In this document: positions 8,318 to 16,195 of the stretch, piece by piece
How positions within the stretch are numbered: position 1 is the stretch's first letter
How the letters are laid out: every line of letters begins with the position of its first letter
From: an uncultured Planctomycetia bacterium
GTDB taxonomy: Bacteria > Omnitrophota > Gorgyraeia > Duberdicusellales > 4484-171
Length of the DNA stretch: 32,000 nucleotides
Assembly: GCA_964536865.1 (NCBI GenBank)
Contig: CAZHYN010000005.1
Span: 24,729-56,728, forward strand
Reading direction: 5' to 3'
The notes under the pieces: generated by a model
Told to the model about the DNA's origin: nothing
Databases searched by the model: none
What the model saw: the letters and a program-made list of their open reading frames with translations, nothing else
Program-made: the position numbers and the translations under genes

Positions 8318-8560
8318 TTACTCCTTAGCAATAGCGATAGTAATTGCTCCTGCAAGAATAAGAAAAACTCCCACGCAACCTTTTATCACTGTCCATACAG
8401 ATGGCCACAAACCTATCACTGCCCAAATACCTAAACCCACCAATACTATTCCTAAAATATACTTAAAAACCGTTTTTACAACCTCTGAAGTTTTCTTTTC
8501 TTCCTTTTCCTGTTCCTGAGTTTGCTCCTGACTTTGAGCTACTTTCTCTTCCATCTCCAC
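8318..8560 (-). CDS. Small (80 aa) membrane protein: acidic/Lys-rich N-terminus plus two TM helices
   Basis: Strong SD (GGAGAAGGAGGTGGAG immediately before the ATG), with its own promoter and terminator. TM segments are ILGIVLVGLGIWAVIGLW and CVGVFLILAGAITIAIA. Confidence 0.7.
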   Translation of the reverse strand: MEMEEKVAQSQEQTQEQEKEEKKTSEVVKTVFKYILGIVLVGLGIWAVIGLWPSVWTVIKGCVGVFLILAGAITIAIAKE

Positions 8561-8613
8561 CTCCTTCTCCTATTACTTACTTCTCATAGCTAGAAGCTTT
8601 TATATTCCTTTAT

Positions 8614-8642
8614 ACTATATAGGTTTTTTCTCTTCTTGTCAA
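8614..8642 (-). promoter_or_regulatory. Sigma70-type promoter of the small membrane-protein gene
   Basis: Minus sense TTGACA (8642..8637), 17-nt spacer, TATAGT (8619..8614). This leaves a ~45-nt 5' UTR containing the strong SD. Confidence 0.5.
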
Positions 8643-8656
8643 CGAAAAATTAAGAT

Positions 8657-9449
8657 TTGTACATATTATATGAAAAGATAGATAACACTTTTAATAATGA
8701 GAAATATCTCTTTAAAAAGCTTAAAGAAATTAAAGACGCCTCCTTGGAATTTGACTCACAAACCAGATTGATTAATCTCTGGCATAAGGCTGGTGGACAA
8801 AATTTTCAAATACGTAAGAAAACTAACTATGGGCCTAAAAGAATAAAATTAGAGTTAGCTAAAAAGCATATGAAAGCCTCTGAACATAGAATTTATAAGG
8901 TACTGTTAAAATATGAGCTTATCCAGAAGCATAAAAAACATAAAAAGAAACCTAAAAAATACTATGTCCCTTCCCCTGGTTATCCTTATAGGTTTTATCA
9001 ATATACTGCTATAGATAGCTATACCCGAATGAGAGTAATAAGAGTATATGACGAATTATCTGCTTTCAACTCTGTCAGATTTTTAAAGGAGGTGGTTAAA
9101 CAATTGCCCTTTCGGATATTAGCCGTGCGCACCGATAACGGGGTTGAAATTACCTATGGCCCTTTTAAAAAGGAACATCCCTTTAGTTTAGAGTGCGTGC
9201 GGCTTAATATTAAACATTATCTTAATAAACCCTCTCATCCAGAAAGTAATGGCAGAGTCCAAAGACCCATAGAACTGATGAGGAAGAATTCTACAGAGTT
9301 AATCCGGTTAAATCACCAAGAGAATGGGTGTATAAAATAAAAGTTTGGGAACATTTTACAATTATCAAAGAGCTCATCAGGCCTTGGGAAACCTTACCCC
9401 TTATCAATACTTCTTAAAATATCAAAAAGAGACTAAAAATGTTACTTGA
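8657..9449 (+). pseudogene. Decayed IS481-family (rve/DDE integrase core) transposase gene
   Basis: The track ORF starts at a TTG. It contains YQYTAIDSYTRMRVIRVYDE...ILAVRTDNGVEI...SHPESNGRVQR. After NGRVQR the expected continuation HRTDEEEFYRV is in the +1 frame. The terminal (W)EHFYNYQRAHQALGNLTPYQYF block is in yet another frame and stops at 9447..9449. The region around the first catalytic Asp (between PG and YQYTAID) appears deleted. Confidence 0.75.
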
Positions 9450-9457
9450 CATTGGGT

Positions 9458-9486
9458 ATATTACATACCATTTTCGGTTCTGTCAA
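9458..9486 (-). promoter_or_regulatory. Orphan near-consensus sigma70 promoter at the junction of the two IS remnants, firing antisense into the IS481-like pseudogene
   Basis: Minus sense TTGACA (9486..9481), exactly 17-nt spacer, TAATAT (9463..9458). No ORF follows it. Confidence 0.4.
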
Positions 9487-9499
9487 CAAAAGTATGTAA

Positions 9500-10074
9500 A
9501 TTCATAAAGGCTATAACCACCTATTCCCATATTAAACCTTTCAACTAAAAAATAAATACCCTATTGACACTTTTTTCTCTCTAAATCCTGCCCTCTATCC
9601 TGGTTAGTTGTTCTAATCTTTTAAGAATCTCTCTATTAAATTGGTGCTTTTTATTAAGGAATGAAATTTAGCAGGGTATTTATAAAAAGTTAAAGTTTTG
9701 TCTATGTTTTTAAGTAAAATATTAAAAAATTTAGGCTCTTTATCCTGGTATTCTTTTTTGAAGGTATTTAATTTACTCAGGAATTCGTTCTTTGTTTTTA
9801 CTTTATAGAGATTATAGGCCTTCTCTCTTATAGAAGGAAGTAACTTCTTATTTTTTATGTATCTTAGGGCTTCCCTTACATAGTGGACACAATATATTTG
9901 AGTATCTCTGTATGGCTTCTAATTCCTTGTTTAAACTGTATTCTAATACATCTGTTATCATTTGCTTTACCTTGCCCTTTACATCCTGCCAGAATACCTC
10001 TCCTAGCAAAATACCCTTAACATTTGCCCATCTTAAGAGTAAATTTTCCCATTATCAAAATTTAATCTTCTCAT
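9500..10074 (-). pseudogene. Decayed IS256/Mutator-family transposase remnant (N-terminal and C-terminal pieces; DDE core missing). The left boundary is approximate.
   Basis: Manual minus-strand translation gives an SD plus ATG at 10074, then MRRLNFDNGKIYS and a stop. Another frame gives DVKGKVKQMITDVLEYSLNKELEA. A third frame, with no ATG (hence absent from the ORF track), gives PYRDTQIYCVHYVREALRYIKNKK...FYKYPAKFHSLIKSTNLIERFLKD followed by a stop at 9615..9613. The (Q)xC.VH..R and TNxIER blocks are IS256-type. Frameshifted continuation RLEQLTRIEGRI.REKSVNRVFI follows. Confidence 0.6.
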
Positions 10075-10123
10075 AGGCTATATACCTCCTTTCTTTATTT
10101 AGGAGGGTATAGGCTCTTTTTTT
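10075..10123. other. Imperfect inverted repeat plus T-run. On the minus sense it would sequester the SD of the IS256-like remnant; on the plus sense it looks like a terminator.
   Basis: AGGCTATATACCTCC (10075..10089) and GGAGGGTATAGGCT (10102..10115), followed by CTTTTTTT. The pairing has bulges and one mismatch. The CCTCC/GGAGG core is the SD of the remnant ORF. Confidence 0.3.
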
Positions 10124-10206
10124 ATCCTGTTAAGAATTTGTACAGAATGTTTTACAGGGTCATTAAGATTAAGATAGACTTAATAAGTAAAATTAGAAAA
10201 ATATCC

Positions 10207-10235
10207 TTGAAATCACTATTTCCTCAAGTTATTAT
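10207..10235 (+). promoter_or_regulatory. Sigma70-type promoter positioned for a leaderless transcript of the PpiD-like gene
   Basis: TTGAAA (10207..10212), 17-nt spacer, TATTAT (10230..10235), then 7 nt (ATTTAGT) and the ATG at 10243. No SD is present. Confidence 0.45.
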
Positions 10236-10242
10236 ATTTAGT

Positions 10243-11658
10243 ATGTTAGTAAAATTTAAAAGACGGCAAATAAAGCAGGTAATCTGGGTTCTAATCTTTT
10301 TCATTATTCCTGCTTTCATTCTTTGGGGAAGTATATCCTATCTAACTACAAGAAGAAAAACTGCCGTAGGAGAACTAAAAGGTCATCTAATTACCGCTCA
10401 GGAATTCTCTTCCTATGTAGAATTAGCTAAAATCCTATATCTTCTTAACTATGGCTACAGCTACCCTGCTAAAGTGAGCCCCCCACAGATAGAATCCCAA
10501 GCATGGCAATTCTATCTCCTTCTTAAAAAAGCTAAAGAAGACAAAATATACGTAAGTGACGAAGAGGTAATTCAGAAAATAAAAGAAATTTTCTCTTCTC
10601 GAGGAAAATTTGATAAGAACTGGTATTTTAGAGTGTTGAAATTCCGTTTGCGTATGAACCCTCGTGCCTTTGAAGAATCTTTAAGAAAAATCCTTATCAC
10701 CGAGAAGGTTTGGGATAAATATATCAAAGTAGAAGTCAAAGATGAAGAAGTCTTAGATCTATACAAGAAAGATAATCAAAAAACTAGAATAGGATATATT
10801 CTAATTCCTTATGAAAGAATGGAAAAAGAAATAAAGATAAATAAGGAAGAGGCAAAGAAATTTTATAAAGAAAATAAAGATATTTTTAAAGAGGAACCGA
10901 AAGTTAAAATTAGATATCTCTTTATAACTCAACAGGAATACTCTAAAATCAAAGAAAAACTAAGAAAGGAGCTTAGAAAAACAAAAGATATAATCGCACT
11001 TAGTAAGAAGATAAATCTGCCCTATAAGGAGACAAAATTGATAACCGCTTCAAGTCCTATCGAAGGAATTGGGTGGGCCCCTAAAGTGTTAAAAACTGCC
11101 TTCTCTATCCCTAAAAATTCTCTTAGTAAGATTTTAGCTGTAAATAACGGTTTTATAGTCTTTGAAAAAATAGATGAAAAAAGTGCACGAATTCCTCCTT
11201 TTGAAGAAGTAAGAAATAAGGCAGAGAAACTTCTAAAGGAAAATAAGCAGCGGGAATATACTAAAGAACTAGGAGAAAAAATTATTAAAGAAATAGGAGA
11301 AAAAAAGATAAACGATCTTAAAGTGATTGCCAAAAATTACAATTTAGAGTATAAAGAAACTAAGCCATTTAGATATTATGATTATATTGAAGGAGTGGGC
11401 TTAAGCAAAGATTTAGCTGAAGCAGTGTTTAGAGGGAAAAAAGGAGAAATCATTCCTAAAACTTTTTTGCTTTCTAAGGGATGTTATATTGTTCAAATTA
11501 AGGAGATAATGGAAATCGATAAGAAAAAATTTGAAGAGGAAAAACAAAAATATAAAGAAAAGATTATAACACAGAAAGAATTTATTCAACGACTAAAATT
11601 TCTCTCCCACCTGGAAGAGGAATTTGATTTAAAAATCTACTCTAAGCCTCCACAGTAA
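10243..11658 (+). CDS. Membrane-anchored periplasmic chaperone, PpiD/SurA-like (parvulin-like domain probably degenerate)
   Basis: I prefer the ATG at 10243 (MLVKFKRRQIKQVIWVLIFFIIPAFILWG, a basic stretch plus TM anchor) over the TTG at 10138 used by the track. It has a SurA-N-like region, then IRYLFIT...EGIGWAP...NNGFIVFEKIDEK resembling a parvulin fold, and a Lys/Glu-rich C-terminal region as in PpiD. Confidence 0.6.
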   Translation: MLVKFKRRQIKQVIWVLIFFIIPAFILWGSISYLTTRRKTAVGELKGHLITAQEFSSYVELAKILYLLNYGYSYPAKVSPPQIESQAWQFYLLLKKAKEDKIYVSDEEVIQKIKEIFSSRGKFDKNWYFRVLKFRLRMNPRAFEESLRKILITEKVWDKYIKVEVKDEEVLDLYKKDNQKTRIGYILIPYERMEKEIKINKEEAKKFYKENKDIFKEEPKVKIRYLFITQQEYSKIKEKLRKELRKTKDIIALSKKINLPYKETKLITASSPIEGIGWAPKVLKTAFSIPKNSLSKILAVNNGFIVFEKIDEKSARIPPFEEVRNKAEKLLKENKQREYTKELGEKIIKEIGEKKINDLKVIAKNYNLEYKETKPFRYYDYIEGVGLSKDLAEAVFRGKKGEIIPKTFLLSKGCYIVQIKEIMEIDKKKFEEEKQKYKEKIITQKEFIQRLKFLSHLEEEFDLKIYSKPPQ

Positions 11659-11827
11659 TAGCATTAACCGGGCATTGACTTGCTACTTCGTTGAGATCGC
11701 AGCTAGGACACTCGGAGGATTTAACTTTAGCTACTCCATCTTCACCCATCTCAAAGCAATCTGGACAATTATTTACACAAAGCCCACACCCTACACAAGC
11801 ATTCTCATCAATGGTAATCTTTGCCAT
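11642..11827 (-). CDS. Small 4Fe-4S ferredoxin
   Basis: 61 aa. It has CVGCGLCVNNCP plus a second Cys group, CPSCD...CP. It lies immediately downstream of porB. Confidence 0.85.
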   Translation of the reverse strand: MAKITIDENACVGCGLCVNNCPDCFEMGEDGVAKVKSSECPSCDLNEVASQCPVNAITVEA

Positions 11828-11829
11828 CC

Positions 11830-12741
11830 TTACACCTCCCCTAGCTTGTAGTACTCAATATTTTTGTCCGCCACTTTCTGCAACTGCCGAAGGGCTTCTT
11901 CGTCTTTTAAAAGATGACGAAATCTACTTTGAGGTTTTATATAGTCTATTACAGGAATTTTCTGACTCAACTTAAACACCTTAGTGAGTTTACCTCCTTC
12001 GTACTCAACTAAAGGATAAAGACCACTTAATACTGCTTTCTTCCCAATATCAATAGTTAAAGAAGAATCAAACCCCCACCCTAGAGGGCAGGGAACATGA
12101 ATTTGAATATACTTCGGTCCCCTTAAAGAAATAGCTTTTTTGACTTTTCTCTGTAGGTCTTGAGGAAAACCTACCGAAGCTGAGGCAGAGTAAGGAACAA
12201 AATGAGCAGCAACAATCTCTACCAGAGATTTTTTCAGACGCCAATTACCTTTCCATACTTTTCCTGCAGGAGAAGTAGTGGTTGAGGCTTGAAAGGGAGT
12301 TAATCCACTTCTCTGAATTCCCGTGTTCATATAAGCTTCGTTATCAAAACAACAAAATAAAACATCGTGTCCTCTTTCCAACATTCCACTCAGTGCCTGA
12401 AATCCAATATCTGCTGTTCCTCCATCTCCTGCAAAAGCACAGACTCTCACGGTATCAATCTTACCTAAATACCTTAAAGCAGCCTCTATCCCACTAGCTA
12501 CCGCCGCCGCATTTTCAAATAAAGAGTGAATCCAAGGAATTCGCCAACTTGATTGTGGGTATTTGGTGGAGAAAACTTCTAAACATCCAGTAGCATTTGC
12601 TACTATGTTATTTTTACCAATAGCATCTACTACTAACCTCGTTGCTAATGCTTGACCACAACCACTGCAAGCAGTATGTCCAGAGACGAAAAAATGCTCC
12701 TCAAAATGTTTAGAAATTGTACTTTCAGACATAGAATTCAT
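11830..12741 (-). CDS. porB: 2-oxoacid (pyruvate-type):ferredoxin oxidoreductase, beta (TPP-binding) subunit
   Basis: 303 aa. GHTACSGCG near the N-terminus and GDGGTADIGFQALSGMLERGHDVLFCCFDNEAYMNTGIQRS (TPP motif). Confidence 0.85.
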   Translation of the reverse strand: MNSMSESTISKHFEEHFFVSGHTACSGCGQALATRLVVDAIGKNNIVANATGCLEVFSTKYPQSSWRIPWIHSLFENAAAVASGIEAALRYLGKIDTVRVCAFAGDGGTADIGFQALSGMLERGHDVLFCCFDNEAYMNTGIQRSGLTPFQASTTTSPAGKVWKGNWRLKKSLVEIVAAHFVPYSASASVGFPQDLQRKVKKAISLRGPKYIQIHVPCPLGWGFDSSLTIDIGKKAVLSGLYPLVEYEGGKLTKVFKLSQKIPVIDYIKPQSRFRHLLKDEEALRQLQKVADKNIEYYKLGEV

Positions 12742-13900
12742 CTTTTAAAAGAGAATGGTCAACATCTAGAAAGTAACAATCAACTTCTTTATCCTCTCCA
12801 ACCTTTAACATCTCCTCTAAAGTATTGAAGGTAATATCTCTTCCCCCTAACCCTGCAATAAATCCATACATTTTTGGTGAAGGCTTATTAAAAAGTGACT
12901 TAACCTCAGTATAGAGAGGACCTTCCATGCCTAAAGAGATAGCTTTTTCCAAAATGAACAATCTCTCTTTTTCTTTCAGCAACTCATAGATTATTTTTTT
13001 GGGAAAAGGGCGATACACAATAATTCTCAACAAGCCTATTTTCTCTCCTTCCTCTCTTTTTTTATCTACAAAATCCTTCACTGTCCCACAAAGAGAACCC
13101 ATACCCAGAATTACGCTATCAGCGTCATCTACTTTATAGCTTTCCACAAAGTTCAACCCTTTTCTACCAAACAGCTGCTTGAACTCTTCCCCTACCTTAG
13201 GAATAAGGTCTTTTATTTCCTCCAAAGTTTTCTGAAGCGCGTATCTGGTCTCTAAGTAAACTGTAGGGTCTCCCAGTAAACCTAAACTTAAAGGATTATC
13301 GATATCTAACTTATAAGGAGGATTGTAAGGAGGTAAAAATTTATCTACTAAAGCCTGATCAGGAATATCCACTGGCTCCATACCATGGGTCAATATATAC
13401 CCATCCATATTTACCATTACGGGAAGCATTACCTTAGGATTTTCTCCTACCTTATAAGCCTGGTAAATGAAATCATGAACCTCCTGATTACTCTCAGCAA
13501 AAACCATAATCCAACCACTATCTCTTAAAGCAACAGCATCCTGATGGTCATTCCAGATGTTTATAGGAGCGGAAAGTGCACGGTTAGCACAAACTAATAC
13601 CAAAGGAAGACGTAAACCAGCGATATTAAAGAGAACTTCACTCATAAGAATTAACCCTTGGGAACTGGTAGCAGTAAAGGCTCTTACTCCACAAGCTTCC
13701 GCCCCTAATACTACACTTGCTGCAGAATGCTCACTTTCCACATTGATAAACTGAGCATTTAATTCTCCGTTAGCAACAAAATCGGCAATCCTTTCTACAA
13801 TGTGTGTTTGAGGAGTAATGGGATAAGCAGAAATTACTCCTGGTTTACAACGCTTCACTGCTTCAGCTACTGCATGTGAGCCTTCTAAAAACTTTCTCAT
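12725..13900 (-). CDS. porA: 2-oxoacid (pyruvate-type):ferredoxin oxidoreductase, alpha subunit
   Basis: 391 aa. EGSHAVAEAVKRCKPGVISAYPITPQT...ESEHSAASVVLGAEACGVRAFTATSSQGL, the typical PorA N-terminus. Confidence 0.85.
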   Translation of the reverse strand: MRKFLEGSHAVAEAVKRCKPGVISAYPITPQTHIVERIADFVANGELNAQFINVESEHSAASVVLGAEACGVRAFTATSSQGLILMSEVLFNIAGLRLPLVLVCANRALSAPINIWNDHQDAVALRDSGWIMVFAESNQEVHDFIYQAYKVGENPKVMLPVMVNMDGYILTHGMEPVDIPDQALVDKFLPPYNPPYKLDIDNPLSLGLLGDPTVYLETRYALQKTLEEIKDLIPKVGEEFKQLFGRKGLNFVESYKVDDADSVILGMGSLCGTVKDFVDKKREEGEKIGLLRIIVYRPFPKKIIYELLKEKERLFILEKAISLGMEGPLYTEVKSLFNKPSPKMYGFIAGLGGRDITFNTLEEMLKVGEDKEVDCYFLDVDHSLLKDEFYV

Positions 13901-14158
13901 TTACTTCCTTTCGGGAACCATCTCGATATCTTTTTTAGGACAGATGTAGCTACAAAGACCACAACCTTTGCAGTAAAGTTCATCATTAATGTAAGTATTT
14001 TTTCCTTCGCCTATAATGCATCCTTCAGGACAAATTAATTTGCACAAACCACATCCAATACAATTCTTGTGAAGAAATTTGGGTTTCCTTAAAGTTCGCC
14101 AGGATCCTGTTTTATTCTCCTTAGAAGAACCAGGTTTTGCTGCTAAAGGACCAAACAT
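13901..14158 (-). CDS. porD: 2-oxoacid:ferredoxin oxidoreductase, delta (2x[4Fe-4S]) subunit
   Basis: 85 aa. Two CxxCxxCxxxCP motifs (CIGCGLCKLICP, CKGCGLCSYICP) and the GSWR motif near the N-terminus. Confidence 0.85.
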   Translation of the reverse strand: MFGPLAAKPGSSKENKTGSWRTLRKPKFLHKNCIGCGLCKLICPEGCIIGEGKNTYINDELYCKGCGLCSYICPKKDIEMVPERK

Positions 14159-14160
14159 CT

Positions 14161-14703
14161 TTACTTGGTAACTGCCTGATAACCTCTCTTTACTGCCTCA
14201 AGATTTTTCTCTAATACTTCTGGCTTTCCTAAAAATCTCTTCTCTACTGCTTTCAAGATATTCTCTAACCTCACCTCTCCCGTAGCCTTAGCAAAGGCTC
14301 CTAATAGCACTGTATTAGAAAAAGGTCTGCCAATTACCTCCATAGCAATTTTTTCGGCATAAAGAGCAACTAACTTTATCTCTTTAGAAGAATCTAAAAC
14401 CGTATTTTCTCTTACGGCTACTATAGCAATCCCCCCTTTCTTTAGACCGGAAAAGCAATTTTGGGTAATAACAAGGGTAGGCTCAATAACGATTATATAA
14501 TCAGAGTTATAAATCTGGGAGCGATTTCTCACTGGTTGAGTATCGAATCTTAAAAAGGCATTCATAGGAGCCCCCATTCTTGCTGCTCCAAAATGGGGAA
14601 AAGCGTAAGCATACAATCCCTGGTAAAACAAGGCTTCTCCTAAAATAGCAGCAGTAGTGATTGCTCCTTGTCCTGCTCTGGCAAAAATCTTTACTTCTTT
14701 CAT
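14161..14703 (-). CDS. porG: 2-oxoacid:ferredoxin oxidoreductase, gamma subunit
   Basis: 180 aa. GRGGQG-like ARAGQGAITTAAILGEA and FGAARMGAP blocks. First gene of the porGDAB order. Confidence 0.85.
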   Translation of the reverse strand: MKEVKIFARAGQGAITTAAILGEALFYQGLYAYAFPHFGAARMGAPMNAFLRFDTQPVRNRSQIYNSDYIIVIEPTLVITQNCFSGLKKGGIAIVAVRENTVLDSSKEIKLVALYAEKIAMEVIGRPFSNTVLLGAFAKATGEVRLENILKAVEKRFLGKPEVLEKNLEAVKRGYQAVTK

Positions 14704-14712
14704 AAGAGAAAA

Positions 14713-14740
14713 TTTATATCACAATTTCAAAAAAAAGCAA
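14713..14740 (-). promoter_or_regulatory. Extended -10 promoter placed 9 nt upstream of the porG ATG
   Basis: Minus sense TTGCTT (14740..14735), 16-nt spacer, TGaTATAAA (TG at 14721..14720, hexamer 14718..14713), then TTTTCTCTT and the ATG. No SD is present. Confidence 0.4.
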
Positions 14741-14747
14741 GTTTTTT

Positions 14748-16103
14748 TTATGCATTCACCCAGAAAGGTTTGTGTCCATACCTCTCAATGAGATTAAAAA
14801 CTATCTTTACCAACTTTTCATCATACTTAGAACCTGCACCTGCTTTCAATTCCTCTATAGCTCTCTCAAGTCCCAAAGCTTCTCGATAGGGACGGCGACT
14901 GGTAACCGCTTCCAGTACATCGCTTATTGCTAAAATACGTGCCTCAGGAAGGATTTCTTCCTCTCTTAGGCGATTGGGATATCCTGAGCCATCCAGGCGT
15001 TCGTGATGTTGATAGATTATCTTTGCCAAAGGAAAGGGGAAATTAACGTCCTTAAGCAACTGATAACATTTCTCTACATGATCTTGAATAATCTTGTACT
15101 CTAATTCTGTGAGTCTTCCTGGTTTAGTTAAAATATCTGAGGGAATAACTATTTTGCCCACATCGTGTAACTTACCCGCCAGCTTAATAGCTAAAATTCG
15201 CTCCTCACCCCAGCCTAACTCCTTAGCTATACACTCGGCTAAATAGGCTACCCTTTGAGAATGTCCCGAAGTGTAGGGATCACGCATCTCCAGAGCTCGA
15301 TTCAATACCTCCAGAGCGTTCATTACCATGGAAAATTTTTCCTTTTCGGCATTAGCATAAGCAGTCATATCCCGAGTAATTCCCATAGTGCCAATAACCT
15401 TCCCCTTCCTATCGTACATTGGAATTTTAGTTGTAATTACCTGATTCCAATTGCCATCAGGAAGAAGGGTGCGTTCAATCTTACCTACAATAGGATTTCC
15501 GGTTCTTAATACATAATTATCATCATCAAACATCTGTTTTGCCTGATAGTAAGGAAAAAAATCGAAATCAGTCTTACCAATAATCTCTTCAGGTTTAAGC
15601 CCTACTCCTTGAGCATAAAATTTGTTCACTTTTATTATTCGGTTACGGTTATCTTTAAAATAAACAGCATCAGGAATATTATCTAGAAGACCCTGTAAGA
15701 AATCTCTTTCTAAAGCTAATCTTTCCTCTACCTCTTTATGAGAAGAGATATCCTCTATTATTCCTTCAATATATCGAGATGAGTTTTTCCTTAACAGAAA
15801 AGAGGCAGTTATAGCTACCCAAATTTTTTTTCTATCTTTCTTCTTAAAAACAGTTTCAAAGAACTTCACTTTGCCATCTTTTTGAAGAGCAGTAAAAAAA
15901 TTATCCTTATCTTCTTGATGAACAAAGAGAGAGAAAAAATTTTCCTTCTTTAGCTCTCTCTTAGAGAGATATCCCAACATATTAACAAAAGCATTATTTA
16001 TTACTAAAAACCTAGAAGAGGGAGATAGCTGATACTTAAAAAAGCCAACTCCTATGTGGTCAACGGTAGAGAAACTGAAGTAAAAGATATTTTTTCTCTT
16101 CAT
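14748..16103 (-). CDS. PAS-domain HD-GYP protein (probable c-di-GMP phosphodiesterase/sensor)
   Basis: 451 aa. Two PAS-like regions, then HSQRVA...HDVGK...HHERLDGSGYP, the HD-GYP signature. Confidence 0.8.
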   Translation of the reverse strand: MKRKNIFYFSFSTVDHIGVGFFKYQLSPSSRFLVINNAFVNMLGYLSKRELKKENFFSLFVHQEDKDNFFTALQKDGKVKFFETVFKKKDRKKIWVAITASFLLRKNSSRYIEGIIEDISSHKEVEERLALERDFLQGLLDNIPDAVYFKDNRNRIIKVNKFYAQGVGLKPEEIIGKTDFDFFPYYQAKQMFDDDNYVLRTGNPIVGKIERTLLPDGNWNQVITTKIPMYDRKGKVIGTMGITRDMTAYANAEKEKFSMVMNALEVLNRALEMRDPYTSGHSQRVAYLAECIAKELGWGEERILAIKLAGKLHDVGKIVIPSDILTKPGRLTELEYKIIQDHVEKCYQLLKDVNFPFPLAKIIYQHHERLDGSGYPNRLREEEILPEARILAISDVLEAVTSRRPYREALGLERAIEELKAGAGSKYDEKLVKIVFNLIERYGHKPFWVNA

Positions 16104-16195
16104 CTTTTACGGAGGTATAGTATATCGAAATACCTAATAGTTGACAATATTTAATTTCTTTCCCAATCTTAATGGTAACAATTTCCTTCCCAAGG

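Noticed and set aside
8634-9512. Possible direct duplication of the TGTCAAC(G)AAAA...TGTA.AT..ATA segment at 8634..8680 and 9476..9512, flanking the IS481-like remnant
   Set aside because: The match needs an 8-nt gap and several mismatches in very AT-rich DNA. Both copies are more simply read as independent TTGACA -35 boxes with AT-rich upstream flanks. I cannot distinguish this from chance by eye.
10138-10242. N-terminal 35-codon extension of the PpiD-like ORF from a TTG start (as listed in the ORF track)
   Set aside because: The extension overlaps the predicted promoter (10207..10235) and has no SD. The ATG at 10243 gives a typical basic-plus-TM signal-anchor N-terminus.
14729-14749. A8-GCAAG-T8 palindrome as terminator of the HD-GYP gene
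   Set aside because: The stem would be A-U only and very weak. It overlaps the stop codon and the predicted porG -35 region. It is more likely compositional than a real terminator.
16104-16195. Small RNA or riboswitch in the spacer upstream of the HD-GYP gene
   Set aside because: I found only a weak candidate promoter (TTGTCA-N17-TATACT) and a 6-bp AGGTAT/ATACCT hairpin. Nothing resembles a conserved structured element.
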